A stretch of DNA of 64,000 bases from Octopus sinensis (Eukaryota), in the NCBI RefSeq assembly GCF_006345805.1, contig NC_043019.1:28829360-28893359 (forward strand). Reading direction: 5' to 3'. A program made the position numbers and the translations under genes. The notes under the pieces are model-generated. The model did not search any database. It had not been told where the DNA came from and was given only the letters and a program-made list of their open reading frames with translations. Of this stretch, positions 25,404-38,347 are shown in pieces. The first letter of the stretch is position 1, and each line of letters opens with the position of its first letter.

Positions 25404-26216
25404 GTATTAAATCATAACAGTTGAAGTTCAGAGATTAAAATGCTGTGGAATATTTTTCAGAACAAAAATATTAATAAATTCAAAGCGCCAATGGCAACAA
25501 ACGAATAATCCTGACATTTTTGTAGTTTTTGAAATTATGAATTAAATATCAAAATTTTTATTTCGGCCAAAATTTCATTAAAATTTTTTTAAACTAACAA
25601 AAAATAAAATGAATATAAAAATATAAAAACTGTTATATTTACTTTGTGTTTACTTCTTGGGATGTCGCCTCAAAAATATATGCCTTTTTTTTATCTTTTA
25701 CTTGTTTCAGTCATTGGACTGTGGCCATGCTGGGGCACTGACTGAAGGGTTTAGTTGAACAAATCAACCCCAGTACTTTCTTTTCTTTTTTTTTTTCAAG
25801 TGTGGTACTTATTCTATCAGTCTCTTTTGCTGAACTGCTAAGTTATAGGAATATAAAACAAGCCAACACCAGTTGTCAAGAAGTAGTGGGGGACAAACAC
25901 TAACACACACACACACACAGTGTTTCTGGCTACCAAATCCACTTACAAGGCTTTGGTCCAAAGATATAGTAGAAGACATTTACCCAAGGTGCCATGCAGT
26001 GGGACTGAACCTGGAACCATGTGGTTGGGAAGCAAACTTCTTACCACACAAACACACCTGAATAATGAAATCAAAGAATTGTTGTATCTCTTTCAAATGG
26101 CTCTTAGACAATACTCTTATTCCATTTTCAGCACTTTGTCTCAGATAAAGTTATTTATTTAGATAAACACATGTTGAAAAAAAAAAGAACAATATTATTT
26201 CATTTTGGTTACCAAC

Positions 26217-26327
26217 CTTTTTCCTTATCGAGAGGTGGGAGAATGCTGTTGTCTTGGCACACGTTGAAGTAGATCTCTTGATCGGCTCCTTCTGGTAGAG
26301 CACCTTTTGGTATGAAGATACTCACCC
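26217..26327 (-). CDS. TJP1: ZO-1 ZU5 domain exon
   Basis: 111 nt, phase 1/1; GVSIFIPKGALPEGADQEIYFNVCQDNSILPPLDKEKG (cf. ZO-1 GVSIIIPQGAIPEGVEQEIYFKVCRDNSILPPLDKEKG). Confidence 0.97.
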
Positions 26328-26384
26328 CTGTAAAAGAACATTCACACAAATTACTAAGATTAGTCGTGAATGTGCGTGTGTGTG

Positions 26385-26625
26385 TGTGTGGCCAAGTGGT
26401 TAGGATGTTACACTCACAAGCACGAGATCATGGTTTCAATTCCTAGACTGGGCGGTGTGTTGTGTTCTTAAGCAAACTTCATCTCATGTTTGCTCTCTGA
26501 TCACTTCGACACCTGATGTGTGGTACACTGTACATCTGTTCAGGCAATGTCGAATTGATAGAGAGAGTGAGCTAAAGCACAGCATGAACATTTGATCACT
26601 ATAAGCAAATCGTCTGTGCAGGTCA
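26385..26625 (+). mobile_element. tRNA-derived SINE family C
   Basis: GTGGCCAAGTGGTTAGGATG...GGTTTCAATTCC head; copies at 44825-45120 and 48820-49050 (+). Confidence 0.72.
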
Positions 26626-26934
26626 CTTGGCAAAAGCTGAATGCTCATATGTTGCCTTCGATGGGAGAGTCCATCATATATATTGATATATATATATCAT
26701 CATCATATAACGTCCGTCCTCCATGCATGAGTAGGATGGTTGACAGGAGCCAGCGAGATAGAAGACTACTCTAGGCCTCTGTGTCTATTTTGGCAGGGTT
26801 TTTACAGCTGGATGCCCTTCATAACACCAACCACTCTGCAGAGTGGCACTAGCACAGGTGAGGTTAGTTTTGGCATGATTTTTACAGTTGGATGCCCTTC
26901 CAAATGCCAACCATTTTACAGTGTGGACTGGATG

Positions 26935-26968
<34 letters not shown>

Positions 26969-27368
26969 CTATTGACTAAACTGTCAAATGTAGTTATACA
27001 CCACTGGTCACAATGTGCTTCTTTGTCTTGTAGCCTTCAAATTATACCATCCAGCTGGCTAGCGGAGCAGACCAACATTCCTCCTGATCTGTCACAGAAT
27101 CATCTGTTTACTGCTGAATGGACTGGTGCAACATGAAATGAAGTATTTCGCTCGAGATCACAATGCACCACCAGTCTGGGAATTGAAACCACAATCTTGG
27201 AATTGTGAACGCATCACCCGAACCACTAGGCCACGTGTCTTATATATGCATGTAAGTAATCTTACTGAAGCTGCATGTTTTGAGAACATCCTTGATCTCT
27301 GATGTGAAATGAAGGCAGCACAACATAACATATTAAACAAGTATCAGCTAAGGGAAAACAAAGAAATT

Positions 27369-27715
27369 CATCATCATCATCATCGTTTAACATCCGCTTT
27401 CCATGCTAGCATGGGTTGGACAGTTTGACTGAGGACTGGCGAACCAGATGGCTGTGCCAGGCTCCAATCTGATCTGGCAGAGTTTCTACAGCTGGATGCC
27501 CTTCCTGACACCAACCACTCCAAGAGTGCAGTGGGTGCTTTTATGTGCCACCTGTACGAGGACCAGTCTGGCGGTACTGGCAACGGCCACGCTCGAAATG
27601 GTGTTTTTTATGTGCCACCTGCACAGGAGACAGTCCAGTGGCACTGGGAACGACCTCGCTCGAATGTTTTTTTCACGTGCTAGTAAGGCGACACTGGTAA
27701 CGATCACGCTCAGCT
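27369..27715 (-). mobile_element. SINE family B
   Basis: Same tail, core and repeat units; other copies near 2722-3105, 26697-26935, 29343-29470, 44385-44660 and 63348-63475. Confidence 0.8.
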
Positions 27716-27988
27716 GCCCAAAATGAATAACGCTGCGATGGACTGGTGTCCCATGCAGCTGGGGAACACATACACCACAGAAACCGGGCCCATGACCCTG
27801 GCTAGGCTTTAAAAGGGTGCATTTATTTACATATATCTATCTATATATATATATAGAAAGAGAGAGAGGGAGGATAAATGGATGATAGCCGTATAACAGA
27901 AGACATGTAAACAGAAATGATTATGTTCAAAGATAGATAAAATATTAGTAAGGATAAAAGAAAAAAATTCGACAATGTTGAAACAAAC

Positions 27989-28074
27989 CTGTTACTTTTG
28001 ATTCTAGAATTCCACCGTCATACCCAAACACTCCTTTAGCAGTTGCCAGGATAGTGTGTTTGCCGTCCATATTC
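27989..28074 (-). CDS. TJP1: ZO-1 ZU5 domain, first exon
   Basis: 86 nt, phase 2/1; NMDGKHTILATAKGVFGYDGGILESKVTG (cf. HTVVATARGIFNSNGGVLSSIETG). Confidence 0.95.
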
Positions 28075-28387
28075 CTGGAATATAACAACATAGATATGAA
28101 GTAATTAAGTAGAAGAAATACTAACATAACTGTGAAATACTCACAAAGGAGAAGTACCACTCAAAAGAACATACTTGAACAGTTTGTCTATGTTGACTGT
28201 CAAATGGATGCAAATGTGAGAGAATATAATATATTTGATGTGTGCTCTGAAACAGTAAAGTCCTATTCCTGGAGACTCTGAAATCTGGATTCCTATTGTT
28301 AATAACATGTATATATTTATATTTAGAAATATATGTAGTTTTCTACATTATACCTTGGTTCTTAATACCGTTTTCAACACATTTTAA

Positions 28388-28607
28388 CCCTTTTGATACC
28401 AGACTGCCTGAGACTGCCTTTGACTCTATAACACAATCTCACTGCTTTAAAGTGATCTAAATTGTAATCTTCCATCAAAATTTTATGCTAATTTGTTCCA
28501 GACAGCAGCTTAATAATGAGAAAGTGATTTTACAAAATTCTTCGTTATTTTAAAAATTAATTGAAAAAAGGCCAGCATGTGTTGGCAGAAATATGGTAAC
28601 AAAAGGG
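28388..28607. mobile_element. piggyBac-like MITE, family 2
   Basis: TTAA-CCCTTTTGATACC...GGTAACAAAAGGG-TTA. Confidence 0.7.
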
Positions 28608-30973
28608 TTATTATGTTTCAGATACTGGACTGTGGCCATGCTGGGGCACTGCCATGAAGGGTTTAGTAGAACAAAGTGACCCTAGTACTTACTTTTTTAA
28701 AGCGTGGTAATTATTCTATCAGTCCCTTTTGCCTAATTGCTAAGTTGCAGGCATATAAACAAACTAACACCAATTAATTATCAAGCAGTGGTGGGGGACA
28801 AACACACAAATATTGTGTGTGTGTGTATATGTGTATAAATATACATATACATACACACATACATATCAGGATTCTTTCAGTTTCCATCTACTATTTCAAT
28901 TTTAGCCTGGTATTTTGTACACATCCAGGGTGTTCTTGATACCATTTGACATCAATCAAAGACAAAAGCAACAGAAGAAATACAGTGAAAATGTAAATAT
29001 TACAATAAAGCTCATCTCTAAAAATAAGGTTAATGCCCTCTCGTAATCTTATTAGCTGTGTTATAATTACAAGTCTATACGTCTGTAATTAATTAGAAAA
29101 TGAGATAATTACATAGACTAAGACATTGCTAAAAGATGTGACTAAGTGGGATTATTATTATTGTTGTTGTTATGAAACAAACTCTACAAATGATACTGTT
29201 TCCTGGCAGTAAATATATATTTATAACCAATGTTGTCAATTTCAGTTATTGTGATCAAGAGTTTTCCAGCCATGACCATCCTGTTTTTTTTTTTCAGCCC
29301 CATATGTATCTAGGACAACATTATTTAACCTTTTAAACTGGTCATCATCATCATCATTGTTTAATGTCTGTGTTCCATGCTAGCATGGGTTGGATGGTTC
29401 AACTGGGGTCTGGGAAGCCAGGAGGCTGCACCAGGCTCCAGTCTGATCTGGCAGAGTTTCTACAGCTCATGTTTTTTGAATATTCTCCGTTTTACACTCT
29501 CACAGCTGCCCTACAATGTCATTCTAAAAACAAACAATCACATCTTTGAAATCTCAAAGCTACAGGACAATGCATGATTAACACAAAACAATGTGAATAA
29601 ATAAGTAATATATTTGACAAAGAAATCTGAATGCCAAAGGTTTAAAGAAAGAGTGTGATTTGAAGGCTTTAGGCTGTCCTTTATAGTAGATCAAGTAATC
29701 TTGTTGAGCAGGCATGTTGAGAAGTAGGCTGCATGAGACATGGCTCATCATCAGGTGGGCTATACTATTAAAAGCAATTCAAAGTCATTTTTCAGTAGGC
29801 ATTCAAAAAGCCCCATGGGCTACAGTTTGCTCATAATTATCGTAGAGGTCTGTCCAGGTTTTGTAGTAATATATAGTTACCATAAGCCTCTTATATAATC
29901 TGCACCTGGCTCCTAAAATTAAGAAGTTTTGTTTCTAAAGCCAATCAGCAATATATTCAATTATCCAATGTTTAAGAAAATATAAAAAAAAAAAAGTCAA
30001 AGGTAATCCGAGATAAACGAATATACCAGCCATCTTTACTTCGATGTCAATTGCTTGAATATCTTAATACATCAATAAGACTGGATGTTGTTACACACTA
30101 GTGGCCACAATGTGCTTCCTGGCATTGTTGTAATTCTCAAGTAATGCCACTCTGCTGGTTTAGCAGACAGGCAGGCAGGCCAATATTTCCCTTGAATAGA
30201 ATACCAGTGCATTACAGTGATACTCATTTACAGCTGAGTGGACTGGAGTGTTTTGCCCAAGAACATACTGCACTACTGGTCTGGAAATCGAAATCACAAT
30301 TGAAAGATTGTGAAAGCAACACCCGAACCACCATGTCACGTGCTTTCACAAATAAAACATTGTAGGCTGGATAATTTGTTGCAAATAAGTTACTGTATAA
30401 TATAATAAGTTGAGGTCATAAAGATTTATAAACTTTGAAGAGAACATGAGATAATTCTTTTTTTTTTTTTTGGAATAGTGAATCTCAAAACACATCGAGC
30501 TATAAATAACAGCTTTTGACTTTTCTATCCCCCATTCCACCCCCAAAAGGGGTCTTCACCCCAATATTTACATGCTATTATTTAGAGATCTATGTTCTTT
30601 GAGCTCCACAGTTTCAAAAAAAAAAATATATATATGTGTGTGTGTGTGTGTACACTAAATTATTACATTCAATGTGCATGTATCAATATGCTAAGTTATA
30701 ACATTCAGTACTGTATTATTAAAAGAGAAATTTCTAGGAAAGAAACATAACAAAATATTGAGAAGAGAAGCAGCATTCTTAGAAAGAAGCATGCATTTAG
30801 TAGAAACATCAACAAGATATGTAATAATACATCCACTCACACTGACACAAGCTAACACACACACACACATGTGCTAATATTCTTCTATCTCTCTTTCATG
30901 CTCATCATACAAGCACACATCACACACGTGAAGAAATATGGAAGTTAAAAGAGATATCATAAGCAACAATCAA

Positions 30974-31008
<35 letters not shown>

Positions 31009-31234
31009 AAAGGGGTAGAGTAACTATGAAGGTGGACGTGCTGACATGCAAATAAATAATGCAGTTGTTTGCAGGTAGAAGGGAAAAGAGATAAAACATA
31101 GATAATGGAAAAAGAATAAAAAAAGTTTCATTGTTCAGAGTTCAAAAACAAAGGATTTTGTTTAGTTTTAAAGAATGGGAGGAAATGGATGGATGGAGGG
31201 AGAGAATGAAATTTAAAAAGAAGTGAAGAACAGG

Positions 31235-31603
31235 TGCAGGAGTGGCTGTGTGGTAAGTAGCTTGCTAACCAACCACATGGTTCCGGGTTCAGTCCCACTG
31301 TGTGGCATCTTGGGTAAGTGTCTTCTGCTATAGCCCCGGGCTGACCAATGCCTTGTGAGTGAATTTGGTAGACGGAAACTTAAAGAAGCCCGTCGTATAT
31401 ATATGTATGTCTGTGTTTGTCCCCCTAGTATTGCTTGACAACCGATGCTGGTGTGTTTATGTCCCCGTCACTTAGTGGTTCGGCAAAAGAGACCGATAGA
31501 ATAAGTACTGGGCTTACAAAGAATAAGTCCCGGGGTCGATTTGCTCGACTAAAGGCGGTGCTCCAGCATGGCCGCAGTCAAATGACTGAAACAAGTAAAA
31601 GAG
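31235..31603 (+). mobile_element. SINE family A, full length
   Basis: Pol III A/B-box-like head, body and tail as at 819; many further copies in the window. Confidence 0.88.
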
Positions 31604-31621
31604 AGATCTAAATATCGTATA

Positions 31622-32000
31622 GGTGCAGGTGTGGCTGGGTGGTTAAGAAGTTTTGCTTCCCAACCATGACATCTTGGGTTCAGTACAACTGCACAGCAGC
31701 TTGAGCAAAGTATCTTCTATAATAGCCCTGGGGCCATCCAAAACCTTGTGTGGATTTAGTAGACAGAAACTGAAAGATGTGCGTGTGTATGTGTGTGAGT
31801 GTGTGTGTATGTGTGTGTTTATCCTCACCACCACTAGTGTTGGTTTGTTTTGTCCCTGTAACTTAGCAGTTTGGCAAAAAGAGGCCTAAAGAATAAGTTA
31901 CCAGGCTTAAAATTAAGTCCTGGGGTCAATTTGTTTGACTAAACCTTTCAAAGCAATGCTCCAGCATGGTCATAGTGCAATGAATGAAAAGAGTAAAAGT
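31622..32000 (+). mobile_element. SINE family A, diverged tandem copy
   Basis: Same head and tail directly after the 31235 copy. Confidence 0.8.
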
Positions 32001-32245
32001 CAGGCTTTGAAGGATTACTTGGTACAATTATGATATTTATATTTTATTTTATTTCATTCAATTTTTTTTGCTGATTTTAGCCACTGGACTGCAAGCCTTA
32101 CCAAGTTACTGTCTTAGAGAATTTTAACCAACTTCATCAATGATGCCAGTATTTTGCCTTCAAACTTATTATATTCAACAAAGACAAAAAAAAAAAGTCA
32201 ACTGGCTTCTGTCCTGTCTGGTCAACTCAAAACTACAGAAGAAGT

Positions 32246-32530
32246 GGAGGTACATGGCCTAGTGGTTAGAGCAGTGAACTTGCGGTCGAGGGATCATGGG
32301 TTTGAATCTCAGACCGGACGATGTGTGTGTTTATGAGCGAAGCACCTAAGCTCCACGCGGCTCCGGCAGAAGGTAATGGCAAAACTTCTGCTGACTCTTT
32401 CGCCAGCATCTTGCAGCTCACCTGCGACAGATCGGCGTCCCGTCAAGGTGGGGAACCTATACGCCAAGAAACCGGGAAACCGGCCCTTATGAGCTAGGCA
32501 TGGCTCGAGAAGGAACAAAACAAAAACAAC
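32246..32530 (+). mobile_element. tRNA-derived SINE family F, full length
   Basis: A-box TGGCCTAGTGG, B-box GGTTTGAATC; flanking direct repeat ACAGAAGAAG. Confidence 0.85.
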
Positions 32531-33058
32531 AGAAGAAGATATTTGTCCAAGGTGTCACACAATAGGATTGAACCTGTAACCACATGGTTGTGAAGGAAAC
32601 TTTCTATTTTCTAAAATATTTTACACTGGATATAAATGTACTGCTTGACAAGTCCTGATAATGTTGACTTCTACTACATAATGTTGATTTCTCTCAAATT
32701 GTTTTCATATGTTGGTTACAAATAGATTATGACATTAAGTGTTGTTAAATTAATTACTCTCCGCTTTTATCCAAACGATTGTGAAATTAAAACGTAACAG
32801 TCCATTTTACATTACATCTCTTTTTAATTAAAATTTAGATTTTTGAAACATCTGTTATGAACATTAGTTACAGTAAATACATAATTATGAAAAAATTGTG
32901 AAACAAAAATACGGTTTAGTTTAAAGAAATTTAAAGAAGTCTGGATTAGATAAAAGGTTGATAGGATTGGCTTATATTAGTGAACAACATTCAAATTACA
33001 CTGGTTATCGTTTAAATAATAGTTTAACTGGAGAAAACTATCATGCAAGATATATATA

Positions 33059-33106
<48 letters not shown>

Positions 33107-33207
33107 CATCTGTAGAAGTAGGAAGAAAACGAACATGCTTTCTAGAGTGACCTCCCTTGAGTTTTTCTTAATCTAAAGAGCAGGCAGCAAGCATCAGTGA
33201 ATCTTAC

Positions 33208-33513
33208 CCATCTATTACTGTATCTGGGGTCGAAGCACTGCCAGAAGAAGCTGTGGGAGAACAGAGCGAGAGCACTTCTTTGGGCTCACTTTCCACGTTC
33301 TCCTTACTATCATTAACAGGTTGGGAATGAGTTTCTAAAAGTGGGGTGTCACTCTCATCGTTGGGCTGGTCCCCTTCAGCAGTTTCGGTTTCACCGTTTG
33401 TTGTGATGGTGTTGGCTGCTTCCTTCTCCGCATCCATTTCAGACAACTCCAAGAGAGTCATGTCTAGCTCAGCTTGTAGTTGAGACAGCACTTCTTCCAT
33501 AGACAGATTCTCA
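33208..33513 (-). CDS. TJP1: ZO-1 acidic pre-ZU5 exon
   Basis: ggcAG acceptor, GTAAG donor; 306 nt, phase 2/2; ENLSMEEVLSQLQAELDMTLLELSEMDAEKEAANT...PDTVIDG, in frame with the ZU5 exon. Confidence 0.85.
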
Positions 33514-33750
33514 CTGCCAGAGGGAACAGGGTTTTAAGCATTTTTGGCTACTGTTATCCATTAAGTACTTAGAATATATTGCTCATATGAAAATGTCAAC
33601 TACACAAAAATCTTTAGATACGAGGAGGAAATAATCTTTTATTTACTACTACACAATTCTAATAACGTGTATTGAATACTTTGCATTTCCACAGGTAAAC
33701 ACAAGCAAATGCCACACACACACACACCACACACATACATACATATATAT

Positions 33751-33992
33751 GTAATATAATATGTGACAATTATTCGGTTGCCATAATAAAACTGAGTTTC
33801 AGATGTCGGGTCAGAAACCTGCACTGGCATCTCTTCAGTTATCGAAGTAATCAAAATATGCTATGAAAAATTCTTTCCATAGCATATTTTGATTGCCTCA
33901 ATAACTGAAGAGATGCCAGTGCAGGTTTCCGACCTGACGTCTGAAACTCAGTTTTATCTTGGCTACCGAATAATTGTCACATATTATATTAC
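33751..33992. mobile_element. Fold-back element (115-bp arms, 12-nt loop) with hammerhead-like motifs
   Basis: Arms 33751-33865 and 33878-33992 with 9 mismatches by hand alignment; left flank is a TA tract. Confidence 0.75.
33901..33957 (+). ncRNA. Hammerhead-like motif (variant); mirror copy at 33786-33842 on -
   Basis: ATAA-CTGAAGA-GATG...CGTC-T-GAAAC-TCA-GT-T-TTAT: stem I ATAA/TTAT, canonical CUGAAGA and GAAA, one extra nt before GAAA. Confidence 0.5.
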
Positions 33993-34346
33993 AGATAAAT
34001 TCCTCTATTTACATAGTATTGAGGTCTCTTTCATTCTTTTGTTGTCTTACCATTACTATATATATATACACACACACACAAACACATATGTATATGCACA
34101 CGCATGCAGGGTATTTGGGCTAAATTTGATGATATTTTACATCTCTTTTTACAGGAACAGCTTCATGTATTGGTGATTAGTCAATGGTGTTGGAGAGCAT
34201 AAAGATTAAAGTCGTAGTTGAGAAAAAGTTGGCTGACATGGAGGACTGGAAATCATTTCAATATTGGAAAAGAGTTACATGTATCCTGAGGATTCATGCA
34301 GGGAAATCAAAATGCTGACATTGTGACTGTTGCTCAATGCTCTGTG

Positions 34347-34537
34347 TCTACTCTTCTCCTCTGGAAGCCAGCTGCTTGCAATACTAGAGGGTGCACACTC
34401 TCCTACCCTGATGTAATCTCCAGGGATACAGGCATCCAGCAACAGGACCTCTGTAATGCTATGATAGACCGTGAAGTCTGGCGTAACATAGTAAATTGCA
34501 TTGTTTCAACCACGGTCGAACAATGATGATGATGATG
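34347..34537 (+). mobile_element. RTE-clade LINE 3' end
   Basis: TLLLWKP...TLSYPDVISRDTGIQQQDLCNAMIDREVWRNIVNCIVSTTVEQ* followed by a (GAT)n tail; second copy at 48443. Confidence 0.75.
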
Positions 34538-34836
34538 TAAGATGTGACATGGACAGCTGTAACAGAGACTTTGAAGCCGTGGCCAGAAAAAAGGGACACA
34601 GCAGGCATTCTGATTGTGCCTGCATACCAGAATTCATTGAACAACTGATGAATAGGACCTTAGACTCAATTCAGATGGCTATGAGACAGTGGTCAAACCC
34701 TTGCTGGAAGGCCATATATATAACAGCAGGATTCAGCTCCTCGCCATACCTTGACAAAGAGTCAGAAGTGGATGTTAAAGAATCTCTACAACTTTTGCCA
34801 GCCTCAGTTTCTGGCCTCCTAATTCCTTCAATTGTA

Positions 34837-35376
34837 TTGGGTTGTCCGGAAAGTTCGTGCCGATTTAGAGTAGCTTACCTTTCGACATATTTTAGAACAT
34901 GGTTGAGTCCATAAAATAGGATTTGACTACACCTCTAGTTAGAGCACATTTAAAGCTATCTTTTCGTGGAAGAAGGTTTATGTTCCTATAACCTGTGTTA
35001 ATTCTGTAACCCTTTAAAATGGAAGATAAGAAAGTTCATTTTCGGCACTTGATGCAGCTCGGCTGGGATGTGTTACCCCAGCCTCCATATTCACCAGGTA
35101 TGGCTCCTTCGGATTTCCACTTATTCAGGCCTCTGCAGAATAGTCTTAATGGTAAAAATTTCAATTCCTTGGATGACGTAAAAAGATACCTTGATGAATT
35201 CTTTGCCATGAAACCACCTCAATTCTGGGAAGAGGGTATTTTCAAGTTAAAGGTAAGATGGAGACGCATTGTGCAACAAAATGGTTCATATTTGGTTGAT
35301 GAAAAATGTAATGGCAAGTATTTATTGACCTTTTTCTTTCCTTTAAAAATCGGCAGGAACTTTCCAGACAACCCAA
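34837..35376 (+). mobile_element. Internally deleted mariner element
   Basis: TIRs TTGGGTTGTCCGGAAAGTTCGTGCCGATTT / AAATCGGCAGGAACTTTCCAGACAACCCAA, TA at left; ORF MEDKKVHFRHLM fused to QLGWDVLPQPPYSPGMAPSDFHLF (YSPDLAPSD motif). Confidence 0.93.
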
Positions 35377-35400
35377 TGATTCCATGAATTACTCATTGCA

Positions 35401-35580
35401 GGGTATGGTTGAGAAAAACACCAACTGCTTCACCTGCAACACCAAAGCGGAGCTGGTGGCCAAGATCAAGGAGGTGTTTGAACATCTTTCCAGGGGACAC
35501 AGTGAAGAATGCATGTGACAGGTTCAGAAGCTGTCATTAGGCCATGGTGGAAGCTGAGGGTGGTTACTTTGAATAAACTG
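35401..35580 (+). mobile_element. Tc1/maT-type transposase 3' fragment
   Basis: Frameshifted GMVEKNTNCFTCNTKAELVAKIKEVF...VEAEGGYFE*, similar to the C-terminus of the 41267 element. Confidence 0.7.
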
Positions 35581-37721
35581 TTATCTCCCAGCCATGATCT
35601 AGTTGATAGTGATTTAAAAAAAAAAAAACTTTAATTTTGGATGGGATATTGTATTTACTTTTTCTTTTATGCAAACTATCAAATTTAGCCCAATAAAAAA
35701 CCTTCAGAACACATACACACAATTTAAAACTATAGTTGCTAATTTAAGTCTTGAAGGGAAAATGATTAAAAAAAAACACTTACAGTAAACAAGAATTATA
35801 AATTCTCTTTGTATTATTCAGCTCAGTCCAAAGTACTTATAAAATTATTATACACTAAACAGATTATTTTTTTAAAAGTCTAATTAAATTAAAAGTGGAA
35901 CTTATTCTAGCATTCTGTAGGTAAGACTACTTGCATAGTAATTATAAAAATAAAACATCATCATCCTTTCATATCAACTTCATGTTGATTACACGAAAGA
36001 AATATGCCACCTTACTCAAAATATTTGATATTCCTCAACAAAAAATAGATTGGTTTATAAAACTGCATTCTGCAATTAACGATAATGAAGTTTTGAGTGG
36101 ATATATCTGATTTCCACAGTAAAAGGGTTAAATGAAATTTAAAGTATAAATTGAATAAAGTTTGGTTTAGGGTGAAGATAATTTAAACTTTAATTTAAGC
36201 TAGTATTAGCTGGGTCAGTGTTATAAAAGTTCTAATTACTTTTTATGAACAAAAGAAACAAATAAAGTTTAATCAATCCCTGACACCAGATGGGGTAATT
36301 TTGTCCTCTATCAGCATAATCTAAAGTAATTTAGCACCTAACAAAATGAAACATACTAATTTATTATTATTATTTTTTTTTATTTAATAGCAATTATTAA
36401 TCAATACCTTTGCAAAATTATGTTCGTGTTTGAGGTTTGAGTTAAACATGGAAAAGGAAATACTTTTCATCCAAAGCTTTATACTAATAAATAAAAATTA
36501 CTAAACTGACAGACAAAATATGCAAACCTGATATTACTGTAAGGTATTTAAAGTACAAAACTAGTAGTTAAATATTTCCTGCCGAGGGAGTTGAAGTAAA
36601 TACAACAAAAATTAAATAACAAAATGCAACTAAAAGAAATGGATATGACATTATCTATAAAGTATTTATTGAAAAAAAAAAAAGACTAAAAAAAGTTGTC
36701 AACAGGTTATGTAGAGTAGGATAAAAGTGAAAGTACGGAGAACTACTTGAGTACTGTGGCTTCAATAAATGCATATTTATTATTCTCTACAGAAGCTGGG
36801 CACCCTATGGAAGATGACTTTGGCATATCTGAACCATGAAATCTTAGGGGATAATAAGGAGAGACACCAAGGGGTTGCTATCAATGTGAAATAGATTTGG
36901 AGAAAATTAGTGATGGCCTGCCTTGGTAAAAACGGCAGTTTGTTGTGAGGAAATATTTTAACAGAGTTTCCCTTTATAATTGATGGCAGACATTTACTTT
37001 GAACAAATTGGAAATGGGGTACCCTTTAGCAAGAATAAATTAAGGATTTTAACAACACCATAGTTTATGAACCACACAGGAAATCATTTTGATCAGATAC
37101 AAAATAAAGTTAGATTTGGTATATCAAAAAGAAAAAAGCTTCAAGCAATAAGAACACGAAAAACTTTGTGCACAATTTTAGTGAAATATCAAATATATTT
37201 TCATACATAATGAGGCAATAAATTAGATGCATTGACATTTGACTTTGCATAGAGCTAAAATCTATTGTGAATGTTTGGTTGAAATAAACATTAGAAGTCA
37301 CGTAGTTCTGGGCTTAAGCTCACTCAGTGTGTGTGTGTGTGTGTGTGTGTGTGTTGTGTATATATATATAAATTAAAGTTTACAGTATTATTGATCGATT
37401 TCAGCTGGTCTTACCAATTGGTTTCACACCAGGTATTAAATAACCAGAAACTACAGGACAGCATGGTTAAGTAATACCACATGCTCTTCAGAGATGGTAG
37501 GTATTGTGACTGTTCACTGTTTTTGAAGGTGAAAAAAAATGTCCCGTGTGTGTGTATGTGTAAAACTTATATGCTGCATGAGGACTGTTATTTTATACAA
37601 CTACACACTGAAAATCGATATAACATTCTCTTCTTGACATCTACCTCATTACTATATCTATCTGAATTGTGTATATATATATATATATATACATATATAT
37701 ATGCACATATATATATACATC

Positions 37722-37763
<42 letters not shown>

Positions 37764-38057
37764 TATGCACATATATATATATACATATATATACATATAT
37801 ATGTATCTGACTGCTTTATATATTGATCTATCTGCTCTATGTTTCTCCCCTACATGACATAGTGCACATGATAACAGGACAAAAACGCAAGCAGACTCTA
37901 ATATTGAGCAAGATTGTGGCATGGCACTACAATTCCATACTGAAGCCAATTAATCACAGCTGAGACAAGCAGAATGCTAGAAAATTTGGACACAAAAATT
38001 AATCACAAAAAAAAAAAAAAAAAAGAAACCCACAACCAGCTGCAGTTTAGCATAAGT

Positions 38058-38092
<35 letters not shown>

Positions 38093-38170
38093 TATCAGTG
38101 AGACAATCAGCAAACACTGCATAAACGATAGAATTAAAATGAACATTGCAGAAATATAAGCAAAACATAC

Positions 38171-38347
38171 TTTTCTAATTTTTCGTGGTCTGTTTCCAGT
38201 TTGTTGTGTTTCAGGTTTCCATCGGATTGGCCAAAAGATGTAAGTATTTTCCCAGTACTGTCTTTCCTGTACGACTCGAAAGCACTGTCATGATCCTTTT
38301 CTCTTGCTTTCATACTCTCATTCATGGTACTTGGGGCCATCGTCTCC
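38171..38347 (-). CDS. TJP1: ZO-1 C-terminal region exon
   Basis: ttttAG acceptor, GTATGT donor; 177 nt, phase 2/2; ETMAPSTMNESMKAREKDHDSAFESYRKDSTGK...HEKLE; frame-compatible with neighbours. Confidence 0.8.

Noticed and set aside
31235-32330. tRNA genes
   Set aside because: A/B-box-like heads continue into SINE bodies and do not form cloverleaves.
33204-33208. In-frame stops directly at donor sites (also 49811 and 58847)
   Set aside because: Expected consequence of phase-2 GTRA donors, not a special signal.
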